Under the pieces are notes generated by a model. That model saw only the letters and a program-made list of their open reading frames with translations. It did not search any database and was not told the DNA's origin. A DNA stretch of 64,000 nt, taken from an uncultured Rhodospirillaceae bacterium (lineage in GTDB: Bacteria > Pseudomonadota > Alphaproteobacteria > GCA-2731375). Positions 19,158 to 28,407 of the stretch are shown one piece after another. Every line of letters starts with the position of its first letter. The stretch's first letter is position 1. The translations under genes were made by a program, and so were the position numbers. The DNA is taken from the NCBI GenBank assembly GCA_964631725.1, contig CAZVYX010000027.1, positions 1,624 to 65,623 on the forward strand, read 5' to 3'.

Positions 19158-20395
19158 TAAGCGCTGGCGGGCGTTCGCGCCAGTTGCGGCTGTTCACCGA
19201 CATAGCGGGCCCGGGGGCGGATCAGTTCCGGGCGGGCATATTGTTCCTGGGCATGGGCGATCCAGCCGGCGCAGCGGCCAATAGCGAAGATACCCATGGG
19301 CGCCTCCACCGGCAGCCCCAGGCTGCGTTGCAGCATGACCAGGGAGAAATCCACGTTGGGCCACAGACCGGTATTGGCGGTCCCGGCTTCGGCCAGTTCC
19401 TCGGCCATGGCCAGGCTTTCGCTGTTACCCCTCATGGTCGAAGAAGTGGCGGCGGTGAGCAGCCGGCGCAGCATTTTGCACCGGGGATCGCCATCGGGAT
19501 AAAGCGTATGGCCAAAACCGGGCAGCCTTTCGCCCCGGCGCAGCCGCGCGGCGACGGCGGACAGGGGGCTCTCCGCCGCCGCGACTTCATCGAACAGAGC
19601 CGTGACACGGGCGCCCTGGCCGCCGTGGCGCGGTCCTTGCAGGGCGGACAGGCCGGCCATCACCGCACCGTAGGGGGTGGCGCGGGTCGAGGCGACGCAA
19701 CGGACCGTGAAGGTGGAGGCATTCAATTCATGATCGGCGCAGAGCACCAGGGCGGCCCTGATCAACTTGGCGGCGGTGGCATCGCCGCCCCAATGGGCCG
19801 TCAATTGCGCATGGATCGGCTCGATCGATGGTTTCTTGGCGGTGAATCCGGCGGTTAGCAGCCGCAACAGGTCGGCGCCGGTGCGGGCCACGCTGGCGCT
19901 TTCCAGATTGTAGGCGCGCAAATCCTGGGACGCGGCCAGGGGCAACAGCGCCTGGCAACGGGCGATGCCGGTCAGGGGCGAGGCAAATGGACCGATGTCC
20001 GGCGCCTGCGCCGAAAACGGGTCGTGCGCATCGCATTGCCATAGAAGGCCCGCGACACTTTCCAGGCTGGAGCCGCGCGCCAGTTCGCCTGCGTCCCGGC
20101 CCCGGTAATACAAGGCGCCATCGGCGATCAGGGTAATCGCCGAATCCAGGATCGGCGTGCCGTGGGTCAGGGCCGTTGCGGCGATTGTTTCGGATCCGTA
20201 TTTAGCGCCGAACTCAGCGGTTTTACGGGCGCGAATTGCCCGCACATCATCCGCGCGGTAGAGCCGGCTGCGGCTGCCTTCCACCGGTTCCGAGCGCACC
20301 AGCCCCCGGCTGACATAGGCATATAAAGTGGCGCGGGAAACGTTCAGTTCCGCCGCTGCTTCACGGGCATTGAGGTAAGGCTTGGCCATTTTCAT
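19157..20395 (-). CDS. citrate-synthase-like protein with N-terminal HTH (MerR/excisionase-type) domain
   Basis: N-terminus AAELNVSRATLYAYVSRG (HTH). C-terminal citrate-synthase fold (FGHTLYPDGDPR). Start at 20395 or 20389. Confidence 0.7.
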   Translation of the reverse strand: MKMAKPYLNAREAAAELNVSRATLYAYVSRGLVRSEPVEGSRSRLYRADDVRAIRARKTAEFGAKYGSETIAATALTHGTPILDSAITLIADGALYYRGRDAGELARGSSLESVAGLLWQCDAHDPFSAQAPDIGPFASPLTGIARCQALLPLAASQDLRAYNLESASVARTGADLLRLLTAGFTAKKPSIEPIHAQLTAHWGGDATAAKLIRAALVLCADHELNASTFTVRCVASTRATPYGAVMAGLSALQGPRHGGQGARVTALFDEVAAAESPLSAVAARLRRGERLPGFGHTLYPDGDPRCKMLRRLLTAATSSTMRGNSESLAMAEELAEAGTANTGLWPNVDFSLVMLQRSLGLPVEAPMGIFAIGRCAGWIAHAQEQYARPELIRPRARYVGEQPQLARTPASA

Positions 20396-20401
20396 CCATA
20401 G

Positions 20402-20424
20402 TTGATTGTATGAATCAATATTGA
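20402..20424. promoter_or_regulatory. palindromic operator candidate in divergent promoter (TTGATTgtatgAATCAA overlapping TCAATATTGA)
   Basis: Perfect inverted repeats lying between the divergent HTH/citrate-synthase-like gene and the citrate-synthase-family gene. Confidence 0.4.
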
Positions 20425-20488
20425 CGATATAGGCAAGACTATCAGATATGGCAACGACCGCAAGGAAAACCACGAGAGGAGAATTTGC

Positions 20489-21580
20489 ATGGATACGGGT
20501 CTCGATGGTGTTGTCGCCGCTGTAACCAACCTAAGTCAGGTGGATGGGGAGGCCGGCCGTCTGATCGTGCGCGGCCATGATATCGAGGAACTGGCCGCCG
20601 ATTACGATTTTGCCGATATGGCGGCGCTGTTATGGGATGGTCTGGTGCCGGGCGATCAAAGCAGCACCGCAATTCGGCGGGCCCTGGGCCAGGCGCGCCT
20701 GCGCGCAGCGGAAAAGCTGCCGCATCTGCTGCCCGCCGCCAAGGGCTTGAGCGCCATTGAGGGGCTGCGCGCCGGTCTGGCCATGCTGGCGGACGATGAT
20801 TGCGACCATGTGCTGCTTTGTGCCGCCGTGCCCGTCTTCACCGCCGCCCTGTGGCGGCAGGGCCAGGGCAAAGGCCCCGTCGCCCCTGATCCCGCCAAGG
20901 GTCAGGCGGAAGATTTTCTCGCCATGTTGACCGATGGCGCGGCGGATCAGGCGTCATCCCGCGCCTTGGAGACCTACCTCGTCACCGTCGCCGATCATGG
21001 TCTCAATGCCTCCACCTTCACGGCCAGGGTCGTGGCCTCGACCAGGGCCGGGATCGTCTCGGCCGTGGTCGGCGCGCTGTGCGCCCTGAAGGGCCCGCTG
21101 CATGGCGGTGCGCCCGGTCCGGTACTCGACATGCTGGACGAGATCGGCGACCTCGACGGCGTCGAACCCTGGTTGGAACGGCAGTTCGCGGCCGGCGAAA
21201 GGCTGATGGGTTTCGGGCACCGGGTCTACCGCACCCGCGACCCCCGGGCCGATGTCCTGAAGGGCGTGGTCGCTAATTTGCGCGGCGGGCAGAACCGGAT
21301 TGCCCTGGCCGAGGCGGTCGAAGCCGCAATCCTGGCGCAACTGGCGGCGCGTTACCCGGACCGGCGCCTGGATACCAATGTGGAATTCTATACCGCCCTG
21401 GCCCTGGAAGCTGCCGGATTGCCGCGCGAACTGTTCACCCTGGCCTTCGCCATGGGCCGGGTTCTGGGCTGGACGGCGCATATCTTCGAACAGGAGCAGT
21501 CGGGCCGTATCATCCGGCCAGCCTCCCGCTACACCGGTCCCGTACCCAAGGGCGAGACCCTGGCCGCCGTGGCGGGATAG
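20489..21580 (+). CDS. citrate synthase family protein (citrate/2-methylcitrate synthase or citryl-CoA lyase type)
   Basis: GFGHRVYRTRDPRA and HGGA motifs; 363 aa. Confidence 0.75.
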   Translation: MDTGLDGVVAAVTNLSQVDGEAGRLIVRGHDIEELAADYDFADMAALLWDGLVPGDQSSTAIRRALGQARLRAAEKLPHLLPAAKGLSAIEGLRAGLAMLADDDCDHVLLCAAVPVFTAALWRQGQGKGPVAPDPAKGQAEDFLAMLTDGAADQASSRALETYLVTVADHGLNASTFTARVVASTRAGIVSAVVGALCALKGPLHGGAPGPVLDMLDEIGDLDGVEPWLERQFAAGERLMGFGHRVYRTRDPRADVLKGVVANLRGGQNRIALAEAVEAAILAQLAARYPDRRLDTNVEFYTALALEAAGLPRELFTLAFAMGRVLGWTAHIFEQEQSGRIIRPASRYTGPVPKGETLAAVAG

Positions 21581-21672
21581 GGAGGACACGCCAGCGTCAA
21601 GACGGCCAAGACAAGGCCTACCTGTTGGACTATGCTGAAGGGCATAAGCATTCCGGTTTGGAGGGTAGGGTC

Positions 21673-23709
21673 ATGAAATTGGGCAAGATTGCTGGCATCG
21701 TTGTTGCCGTGTTGGTGCTGATCATCGGCGGCGGGGCGGCCTATCTGGCCAGCCTGGATGTGGACGAGTACCGGGGCGAGATCGCCCAGGCGGCCCAGGA
21801 TGCCACGGGCCGGGTTCTGAAATTGGAAGGACCATTGTCCCTGGCCGTGTCCTTGACGCCCACGGTATCGGGCGAGGGCATCAGTCTGGCCAATGCACCC
21901 TGGGGCACCCGGCCCCAGATGCTGACATTGAGCCGTTTCGAAGTGGAGCTGCAGCTATTTCCGCTGTTGTTCGGCGATATGCAGATCAACCGGCTGATCC
22001 TGATCGAACCGGATATCCTGCTGGAAACCGATGCCGAGGGCACGGGCAACTGGCAGTTCGGGGCGCCGGGCGAAAAAGCCAAGCAAGCCGAAAGCGGCGG
22101 CGGGGACGCCGCGATCCCCCATGTGAGCCGGTTGCGGATTGAAAATGGTCTGCTGACCTATCGTGACGGCGTCAGCGGGGAAACCACGAAGGTCTCGTTG
22201 GCCTCGGTCGAGGCCACGGCGGCCTCCCCGTCCGATCCTCTGCAATTGAGTGTCGTTGCCGCATTGAACGAAACTGCCCTGAAGCTGAATGGCAGCATCG
22301 GTCCGCTGAAAAATGCCATGGATCCGGACGCGCCGCTGCAAATCAATCTGGCCGCCGAAGGCTTCGGCGTTAACGCCAAGATCAAGGGAACGGCGACGGC
22401 GGCCACGGGTGCCCTGGATGCCGGGGTCGAGGTTTCGGCTAAGGATCTGTCCGGGCTGCGCGCCCTGGCCGGTGATGGCCTGCCGACGGGCCTGCCCTTT
22501 GGTGTGAGTGCCCAGGCCAAGGCCAATGGCGGCAAGGCGGGCCTGACGAACATCAAGCTGACCCTGGGCAAGAGCGACCTGTCCGGCACGGCGCGTGTCG
22601 ATACCACGGGCAAGCTGCCGGTGGTGACCGCTGATCTGTCCGGCAAGCGACTGGATCTGGGTGAAATCCAGGCGGCTACCCAGGGCGCCGCGGCAAAGAA
22701 ATCGTCCACGGCCGGAAAGTCGAAGCGGCCGGGCAAGGTGCTGCCGGCGGATAAACTGCCCCTGGACGCGCTAAAAACCATCAATGCCGATGTGAAATTG
22801 AGCCTGGCTGAAGTGGTAACGCCGGAGATTACCCTGAACCAGGTTTCCGCCGCCGCTAAATTGTCCAAGGGCCGTCTAAGCCTGCAACCCATGGGCCTGA
22901 CGCTGGCGGGCAGCAAGGTGGACTTGGCCGCCTCGGTTGATGCCGGACGCAAGATTCCCACCGTGAGCTTTTCCATAACGGCGCCGAAATTGGACGTGGG
23001 TCGGCTGCTGAACGAAACCAAGACCACGGATCTGGTCCAGGGCACGGGAACCTAGCGGGTGAAGCTCGCCGGTCAGGGCCATTCGGTGGCCGCCATCGCC
23101 GGCAGCCTGAATGGCGGCACCTCCCTGCTGATGAATGAGGGCAGGGTGAAGACCGAGGCCCTGGACATGGCCGTCGGCGGTCTGTCGGCCATTGTGGGCA
23201 TGATGTCGTCGGAAAAATCGGAATGGACGGTGCTGAATTGCGTCGCCTCCCGCTTCGACGTCAAGAAGGGCGTCGCAACCTCGAAAGTCCTGCTGGCGGA
23301 CACGGAATATTCCACCATCGTCGGCGAGGGCAGCATGGATCTGGGCAAGGAAGCCTTGGCCATGAAGGTTTCGCCCCAGTCGAAATCCGCGACACTAAAC
23401 GTTGCCGTGCCGATCAAGATTGGCGGCACCTTCGCCGAGCCGACCTTCCGGCCCGACGAATTGGCCACGGCGCGCCGTCTGGGCGGCCTGTTGGGTGCCG
23501 CCTTGTTCCCGCCGGCGGCCTTGCTGGCGCTGGGTGACATGGGCACTGGCGACGACAATCCTTGTCTGAAGATTGCCAAGGGCGGCGGCAAGAAGCCGGC
23601 GGCGAAAACCAGCGAACAACCGGCCGCCAGCAAGGCCACCGAGGCGCTGAAATCGCCAATGGATGCGGTGAAAAAGGGCTTGGGCAGCCTGTTCGGCAAG
23701 AAAGAATAG
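21673..23709 (+). pseudogene. asmA: AsmA-family protein interrupted by one in-frame TAG (23053..23055). Either a pseudogene or a sequencing/assembly artefact.
   Basis: The N-terminal TM segment and AsmA body (21673..23055) and the C-terminal AsmA part (23056..23709) are in the same frame. The junction reads ...VQGTGT * RVKLAGQGHS... Confidence 0.55.
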
Positions 23710-23716
23710 CGGCGGC

Positions 23717-24496
23717 ATGAGCGGGGAAGTCCTGACCCGGCGTAGCGGCGTTATCGCCACCGTGACCCTGTCGGCGCCCGACCGCCTGAATGCCATGAAC
23801 CTGGCTATGTGGCAGGGCATCGCCGACAGCTTTACCGATCTGGATGGCGCGGAAGATCTTCGGTGCATCATCCTGCGCGGGGCCGGCGAAAAAGCCTTCG
23901 CGGCGGGGGCCGATATCGCCGAATTCGCGGCTGAACGCTTTGACCGGGACAGCGCCCGGGTTTATGGCGGCGTGATGGCATCCGCGTTGGAAGCCATTCA
24001 AGCCTGCCGCCATCCCGTGGTGGCGATGATCCACGGCGCTTGCGTGGGCGGCGGCCTGGAACTGGCCTGTTGCTGCGATATGCGCATTTGCGGCGAAAGC
24101 AGCCGTTTCGGCGTACCGGTGAAAAACCTTGGCCTGGTCGTGGCCCTGAATGAAATGCAGGCGGTCGCGTCCGTGGTCGGCCGGGCCAACGCGTTGGAGA
24201 TCGTGCTGGAAGGCCGGGTTTTTGATGCCCAAAGAGCGCTCGAGATGGGTCTGGTCAACCGGATCGTCGCCGATGACGCCGTGACGGCGGAGGCGGAGGC
24301 GACCGCCCGCCGCATCGCCCAGGGGGCGCCGCTGGTGGCGCGCTGGCACAAGCAATTCGCGCGCCGCCTGATGGATCCCGCGCCCTTGACCGAGGCCGAT
24401 ATCGAAGAAAGCTACGCCTGCTTCGACACCGAGGATTTTCAAACCGGCTACCAGGCATTCCTGAACAAAGAGAAGCCGGAGTTCGAGGGCCGATAG
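23717..24496 (+). CDS. enoyl-CoA hydratase/isomerase (crotonase) family
   Basis: Oxyanion-hole region FAAGADI...HGACVGGGLELA. Confidence 0.85.
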   Translation: MSGEVLTRRSGVIATVTLSAPDRLNAMNLAMWQGIADSFTDLDGAEDLRCIILRGAGEKAFAAGADIAEFAAERFDRDSARVYGGVMASALEAIQACRHPVVAMIHGACVGGGLELACCCDMRICGESSRFGVPVKNLGLVVALNEMQAVASVVGRANALEIVLEGRVFDAQRALEMGLVNRIVADDAVTAEAEATARRIAQGAPLVARWHKQFARRLMDPAPLTEADIEESYACFDTEDFQTGYQAFLNKEKPEFEGR

Positions 24497-24586
24497 CTCT
24501 CCCACCTGCCATGACACCGACTTTGCCGTTGCGCCCATGGCGCATGGGTCTTAACTTCGCGCTCTGTCAGGTAGAGGAGGAAGTCC

Positions 24587-25615
24587 ATGTTGGAGACGGT
24601 GCAACTCGGCAATTGCGGGCTCAATGTTTCGCGTCTGTGCCTGGGCACGATGAATTTCGGCGAGCCGGGGCGCGGCCATCAGGGTGATTGGACGCTTCCC
24701 ATTGACGAGGCCCGGCCGATCTTCAAGGCCGCCCTCGACCATGGCCTGTTCTATTTCGATTGCGCCGATGTCTATGGCATCGGCGCTTGCGAACGGGTGG
24801 TTGGACAGCTTCTCCGGGAACTGGTGCCGCGTGACCAATATGTACTTTCGACCAAGGTTTCGGGGGTCATGGGCCCGAACCCCAATCAGGCCGGCCTGTC
24901 CCGCAAGCATGTGATGGAGGGCGTGGATGCCTGCCTGCAGCGCCTTGGCCTCGACTATGTCGATCAGCTGATTATCCACCGCCATCCGCACGGCCGCATG
25001 GGCTTTACCCCGACGCCGATCGAGGAAACGATGGAGGCGCTGCACGACGTGGTGAAGGCGGGAAAGGCGCTTTATATCGGCGGATCGTCGATGTTCGCCT
25101 GGCAGTTCGTCGAATTGCAGATGACGGCGGAGCGTCATGGCTGGACGAAGTTCGTCTCCATGCAGAACCATTACAACCTGATCTACCGCGAGGAAGAGCG
25201 CGAGATGAACCCCTATTGCGCCGCGACCGGCGTGGCGCTGACCCCCTGGTCGCCGCTGGCCCGCGGTATCCTGACCGGTTCCTATAAGGGCAGCCTTGAT
25301 GGCGGCAGTACGGCGCGCAGCCAAGGCGCCGACCGCAAGCGTACGGAAGGGCTTTATCTGGGTGAAATGGATTTCAAGATCGCCGACCGCGTCGTCGAGC
25401 TGGCGGAAAAGCTCGGTCACACCCCAGCCCAGATCGCCATTGCCTGGCTGTTGAGCAAGGAAGAGATTACGGCACCGGTGGTCGGCGTCTCGAAGATCAG
25501 CCAGCTTAATCAATTGGTGGCGGCCACCGAGATTACCCTGGATGATGACGACATCGCGTATCTGGAAGAGCTCTACAAGCCGGTGGAAAACCTGCTCAGC
25601 TTCGGCAGTTCCTAA
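24587..25615 (+). CDS. aldo/keto reductase
   Basis: LGTMNFG...DCADVYG...IGVSN-type motifs; 342 aa. Confidence 0.85.
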   Translation: MLETVQLGNCGLNVSRLCLGTMNFGEPGRGHQGDWTLPIDEARPIFKAALDHGLFYFDCADVYGIGACERVVGQLLRELVPRDQYVLSTKVSGVMGPNPNQAGLSRKHVMEGVDACLQRLGLDYVDQLIIHRHPHGRMGFTPTPIEETMEALHDVVKAGKALYIGGSSMFAWQFVELQMTAERHGWTKFVSMQNHYNLIYREEEREMNPYCAATGVALTPWSPLARGILTGSYKGSLDGGSTARSQGADRKRTEGLYLGEMDFKIADRVVELAEKLGHTPAQIAIAWLLSKEEITAPVVGVSKISQLNQLVAATEITLDDDDIAYLEELYKPVENLLSFGSS

Positions 25616-26457
25616 TGAACGCGAAACAGAAACCCGTTGCCGTTGTCATCGGCGCCACCTCCAAATGGCAAGCGGATGGCCGTAACACCCGGTTGGCCCA
25701 TGGTGATACGGTCGACGATCAGGACTTGCCGGTGGGTATTCGCTGGGGTATCGGCGGCGCGGTGGCGCAAAAATTCGCCGCCGAGGGTTTTTTCACCGTG
25801 CTCACCACACGCAATGCCGCCAACGCCGCCGGCCTTGAAAGCGCCATCAGGGATCATGGTGGCGATTGCATGATCGTCGAGCTGGACCTGATCTCCGATA
25901 CCTCGATAGCAAACGCCTTCGCCAGGATAAGAGGCGAGGCCGGTGATCCGGAGGTGTTGGTTTACAACGCCGGCTATCTGGAAGGCCGCGATCTGCCGCC
26001 CGAGAAGGAATTGCTGGAACACATCCCCGTGGAGATGTTCGATACCGCGCAGCATATTTCCAGCCGGGGGCCATTCCTGGTCGCCAAGGAAGTGCTGCCG
26101 GCCATGCGCCTGAAGGGTGAAGGCTCGTTCCTGATATCCAACAACGCCAGCTCCCTGCGCGGGCGCAAGCGTCAAACGGGGCAGTCGCTGTACTACCCCA
26201 GGGTTATGATGCGCACCCTTGCCCAGGTCCTGACGGAGGAATATTCAGAGCACGGCGTGCACGTGGCCAACGTCGTCATTGATGGCCTGATCGATTCACC
26301 GGGAACGCGGGCCCTGCCGCGGGCGCAAGACAACCCCGGCGCGGTAATGAACCCGGTGAAGATCGCCGAGGCGTTCTACTATCTGCACACCCAGGACAAA
26401 TCCTGCTGGACCCACGAGTTGCAGTTGACACCCTATCCCACGAAGCCGAGTTACTAG
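25615..26457 (+). CDS. atypical SDR-family oxidoreductase (insertion in Gly-rich loop)
   Basis: VIGATS ...26-aa insert... GIGGAVA; YxxxK-like region later. Confidence 0.55.
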   Translation: MNAKQKPVAVVIGATSKWQADGRNTRLAHGDTVDDQDLPVGIRWGIGGAVAQKFAAEGFFTVLTTRNAANAAGLESAIRDHGGDCMIVELDLISDTSIANAFARIRGEAGDPEVLVYNAGYLEGRDLPPEKELLEHIPVEMFDTAQHISSRGPFLVAKEVLPAMRLKGEGSFLISNNASSLRGRKRQTGQSLYYPRVMMRTLAQVLTEEYSEHGVHVANVVIDGLIDSPGTRALPRAQDNPGAVMNPVKIAEAFYYLHTQDKSCWTHELQLTPYPTKPSY

Positions 26458-26550
26458 AGCAACCCGCATTCAATTGAATGCGGATAAGTTGCTCTATTCT
26501 AAAGATTTTAGCGCATGGGTTCGGGTTTGATTAAACCCGACATGCGCTAG
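26455..26550 (+). repeat. MITE-like repeat subtype B, copy B1, CTAG both ends
   Basis: ctagagcaacccgcattcaattgaatgcggataagttgctct (hairpin 1) + gcgcatgggttcgggtttgattaaacccgacatgcgctag (hairpin 2). The SDR stop TAG lies inside the 5' CTAG. Confidence 0.8.
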
Positions 26551-26580
26551 GCCCTAGCCCGTTTTCGATTTTGAACTACC

Positions 26581-26650
26581 CACCCGCTCCCCCTCCCGGC
26601 CACCCAATGAGTATGATCCCGTGGGTGGTCGGGAGGGGGAGCGGGTGGCT
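26581..26650. repeat. long near-perfect inverted repeat (27-bp arms, 14-nt loop)
   Basis: ccacccgctccccctcccggccaccca ...atgagtatgatccc... tgggtggtcgggagggggagcgggtgg. Confidence 0.7.
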
Positions 26651-26686
26651 TGGCGCTTCGATGAATATCGAAAATGGTCTAGCCCG

Positions 26687-27328
26687 CTACGCCGACAGCA
26701 GAGGGATCAGCTTTCGGGCTTCGTCGATACTGTCGGCGCCAAGGACCTGGAAGCCGTCGGCGGCATGGCGCAATGCTTCATCCCGATGCCCCGAGCCAAA
26801 GCCGGTCAGGACATGGACGCCGCCCGATAGTCCCGCGCTCCGCCCCGCGCCCATATCGGTCGGCAGATCGCCGACAATCCACGAAGGGGCAAGATCTGCG
26901 CCCAGGCCACGCGCCGCCTTCAGCAGCATGCCGGGGTTGGGCTTGCGGTCGCCGTGGTCGCGGTCGTATGGGGCGACGGCGTCGGGGTGATAGGGGCAGG
27001 CACAGACCGCATCAACATGGGCGCCAAAAGCGGCCAGATCGGCCTTGATCTTGTCCTGCACGGCCTGGAATTCGGCCCAGCCGTAATAGCCGCGTCCGAC
27101 ACCGGACTGATTGGTGACCAGCACCACGTGCAGGCCCCGCTGGTTGGCCAGCGCAATGGTCTCGCCGGCGCCGGGGATCAACTCGGTCTTTTCAACTTCG
27201 TGCAGATAGTGGGTCTCAACCACGACGACACCGTCGCGGTCCAGGAACAATACCGGCGCCGACCGCGTCTGGCCCAGGATTTCGACCCAGACACCGTCGT
27301 CATCGACAAATGTCGGATGGTCAGCCAT
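26687..27328 (-). CDS. HAD-IIIA family phosphatase (GmhB / histidinol-phosphatase-like)
   Basis: FLDRDGVVV motif, DRKPNPGM motif. Confidence 0.7.
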   Translation of the reverse strand: MADHPTFVDDDGVWVEILGQTRSAPVLFLDRDGVVVVETHYLHEVEKTELIPGAGETIALANQRGLHVVLVTNQSGVGRGYYGWAEFQAVQDKIKADLAAFGAHVDAVCACPYHPDAVAPYDRDHGDRKPNPGMLLKAARGLGADLAPSWIVGDLPTDMGAGRSAGLSGGVHVLTGFGSGHRDEALRHAADGFQVLGADSIDEARKLIPLLSA

Positions 27329-28298
27329 CGCCGCTCTGCAAGACCTCCGGATTGATCAGATAGTAGGGGTCCAGCTTGCCGTCAAAGGCATCAAGGCAAT
27401 TCTGCACCGCGCGCAGGCCCATGTTGCGGAACGCCTCCTTGGTGACGCCGGCGATATGGGGGCTGAGGAAGACGTTGTCCAGGCTCAGTAAGGGCAGATC
27501 GGGTGCGGGCGGTTCGTCCCGGGTCACATCCAGCCCGGCGGCCGCGAGCGGTCCGTTGGTCAGGGCGTGATGCAGGGCGTCCTCGTCGATCAACGTGCCG
27601 CGCGCGGTATTGATCAACACCGCGCCCTGGCGCATGCGGGAAAACTCCTGACCCGTCAGCTCCGGGCTGCCGTCGTGATTGCCGGGGCGGTGCATGGAGA
27701 CGATGTCGGCCCGTTCCAGGGCGTCGCGGAAATCCTCGACATATTCGTAGCCGTGGCCCCGGATCACCCGTTGCGGCACGTACGGATCGGCGACGATCAC
27801 ATCCATGTCGAAGGCGGCGCAGCGCCGGGCCATGCGGGTACCGATGCGGCCGAAGCCGACGATCAGGATGGTCTTGCCCGAGACTTCGGATGACGTGATG
27901 GAATCGCGACGGCCGTAGTTCTGACCCCGCGTTGCCGCGTCCAGGGGCAGGGCATCCTTAATGGTCGCCAGCATCAGCATGAAGGCATGCTCGCAAACTG
28001 CATTGGAATTCGCCTCGCCGACCACGGACAAAGGCAGGCCATGGGCGGTCGCCGCCGCCACGTCGACATTGTCATAGCCGACCCCATGGCGGGAGATGAT
28101 CTGCAGGCTATCGGCATTGGCGCAGGCCGCTTCGCCGAACGGCGTGGTGCGCAGAACGACGCCATGGACGCCGGGCATGGCGTCGACCAGTTGTTGCTCC
28201 GTGGGATCAATCAGGCTTTCGACATCGACCTCCGGATGCTCCGCCAGCAGCGTCAGGGTGTCGGGATGGAACTTTCCGGCCAATAAGAGCTTAGGCAT
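27321..28298 (-). CDS. D-isomer-specific 2-hydroxyacid dehydrogenase (second copy in window)
   Basis: GFGRIG NAD motif; 325 aa. Confidence 0.8.
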   Translation of the reverse strand: MPKLLLAGKFHPDTLTLLAEHPEVDVESLIDPTEQQLVDAMPGVHGVVLRTTPFGEAACANADSLQIISRHGVGYDNVDVAAATAHGLPLSVVGEANSNAVCEHAFMLMLATIKDALPLDAATRGQNYGRRDSITSSEVSGKTILIVGFGRIGTRMARRCAAFDMDVIVADPYVPQRVIRGHGYEYVEDFRDALERADIVSMHRPGNHDGSPELTGQEFSRMRQGAVLINTARGTLIDEDALHHALTNGPLAAAGLDVTRDEPPAPDLPLLSLDNVFLSPHIAGVTKEAFRNMGLRAVQNCLDAFDGKLDPYYLINPEVLQSGDG

Positions 28299-28407
28299 TT
28301 ACTTCACTCCCCACGCCAGGGCGATTTGGGCCGCCAATGGCCCGTATATCCTTCACATTATTCGCGCGCATGTTCGACTCCTTACCTATTCGTATTGTAA
28401 ATGCCAG

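Noticed and set aside
26503-26545. gggttcgggtttgattaaacccgac inside the B repeat resembles a tRNA T-arm
   Set aside because: No acceptor stem or anticodon arm can be formed. It is simply hairpin 2 of the repeat.
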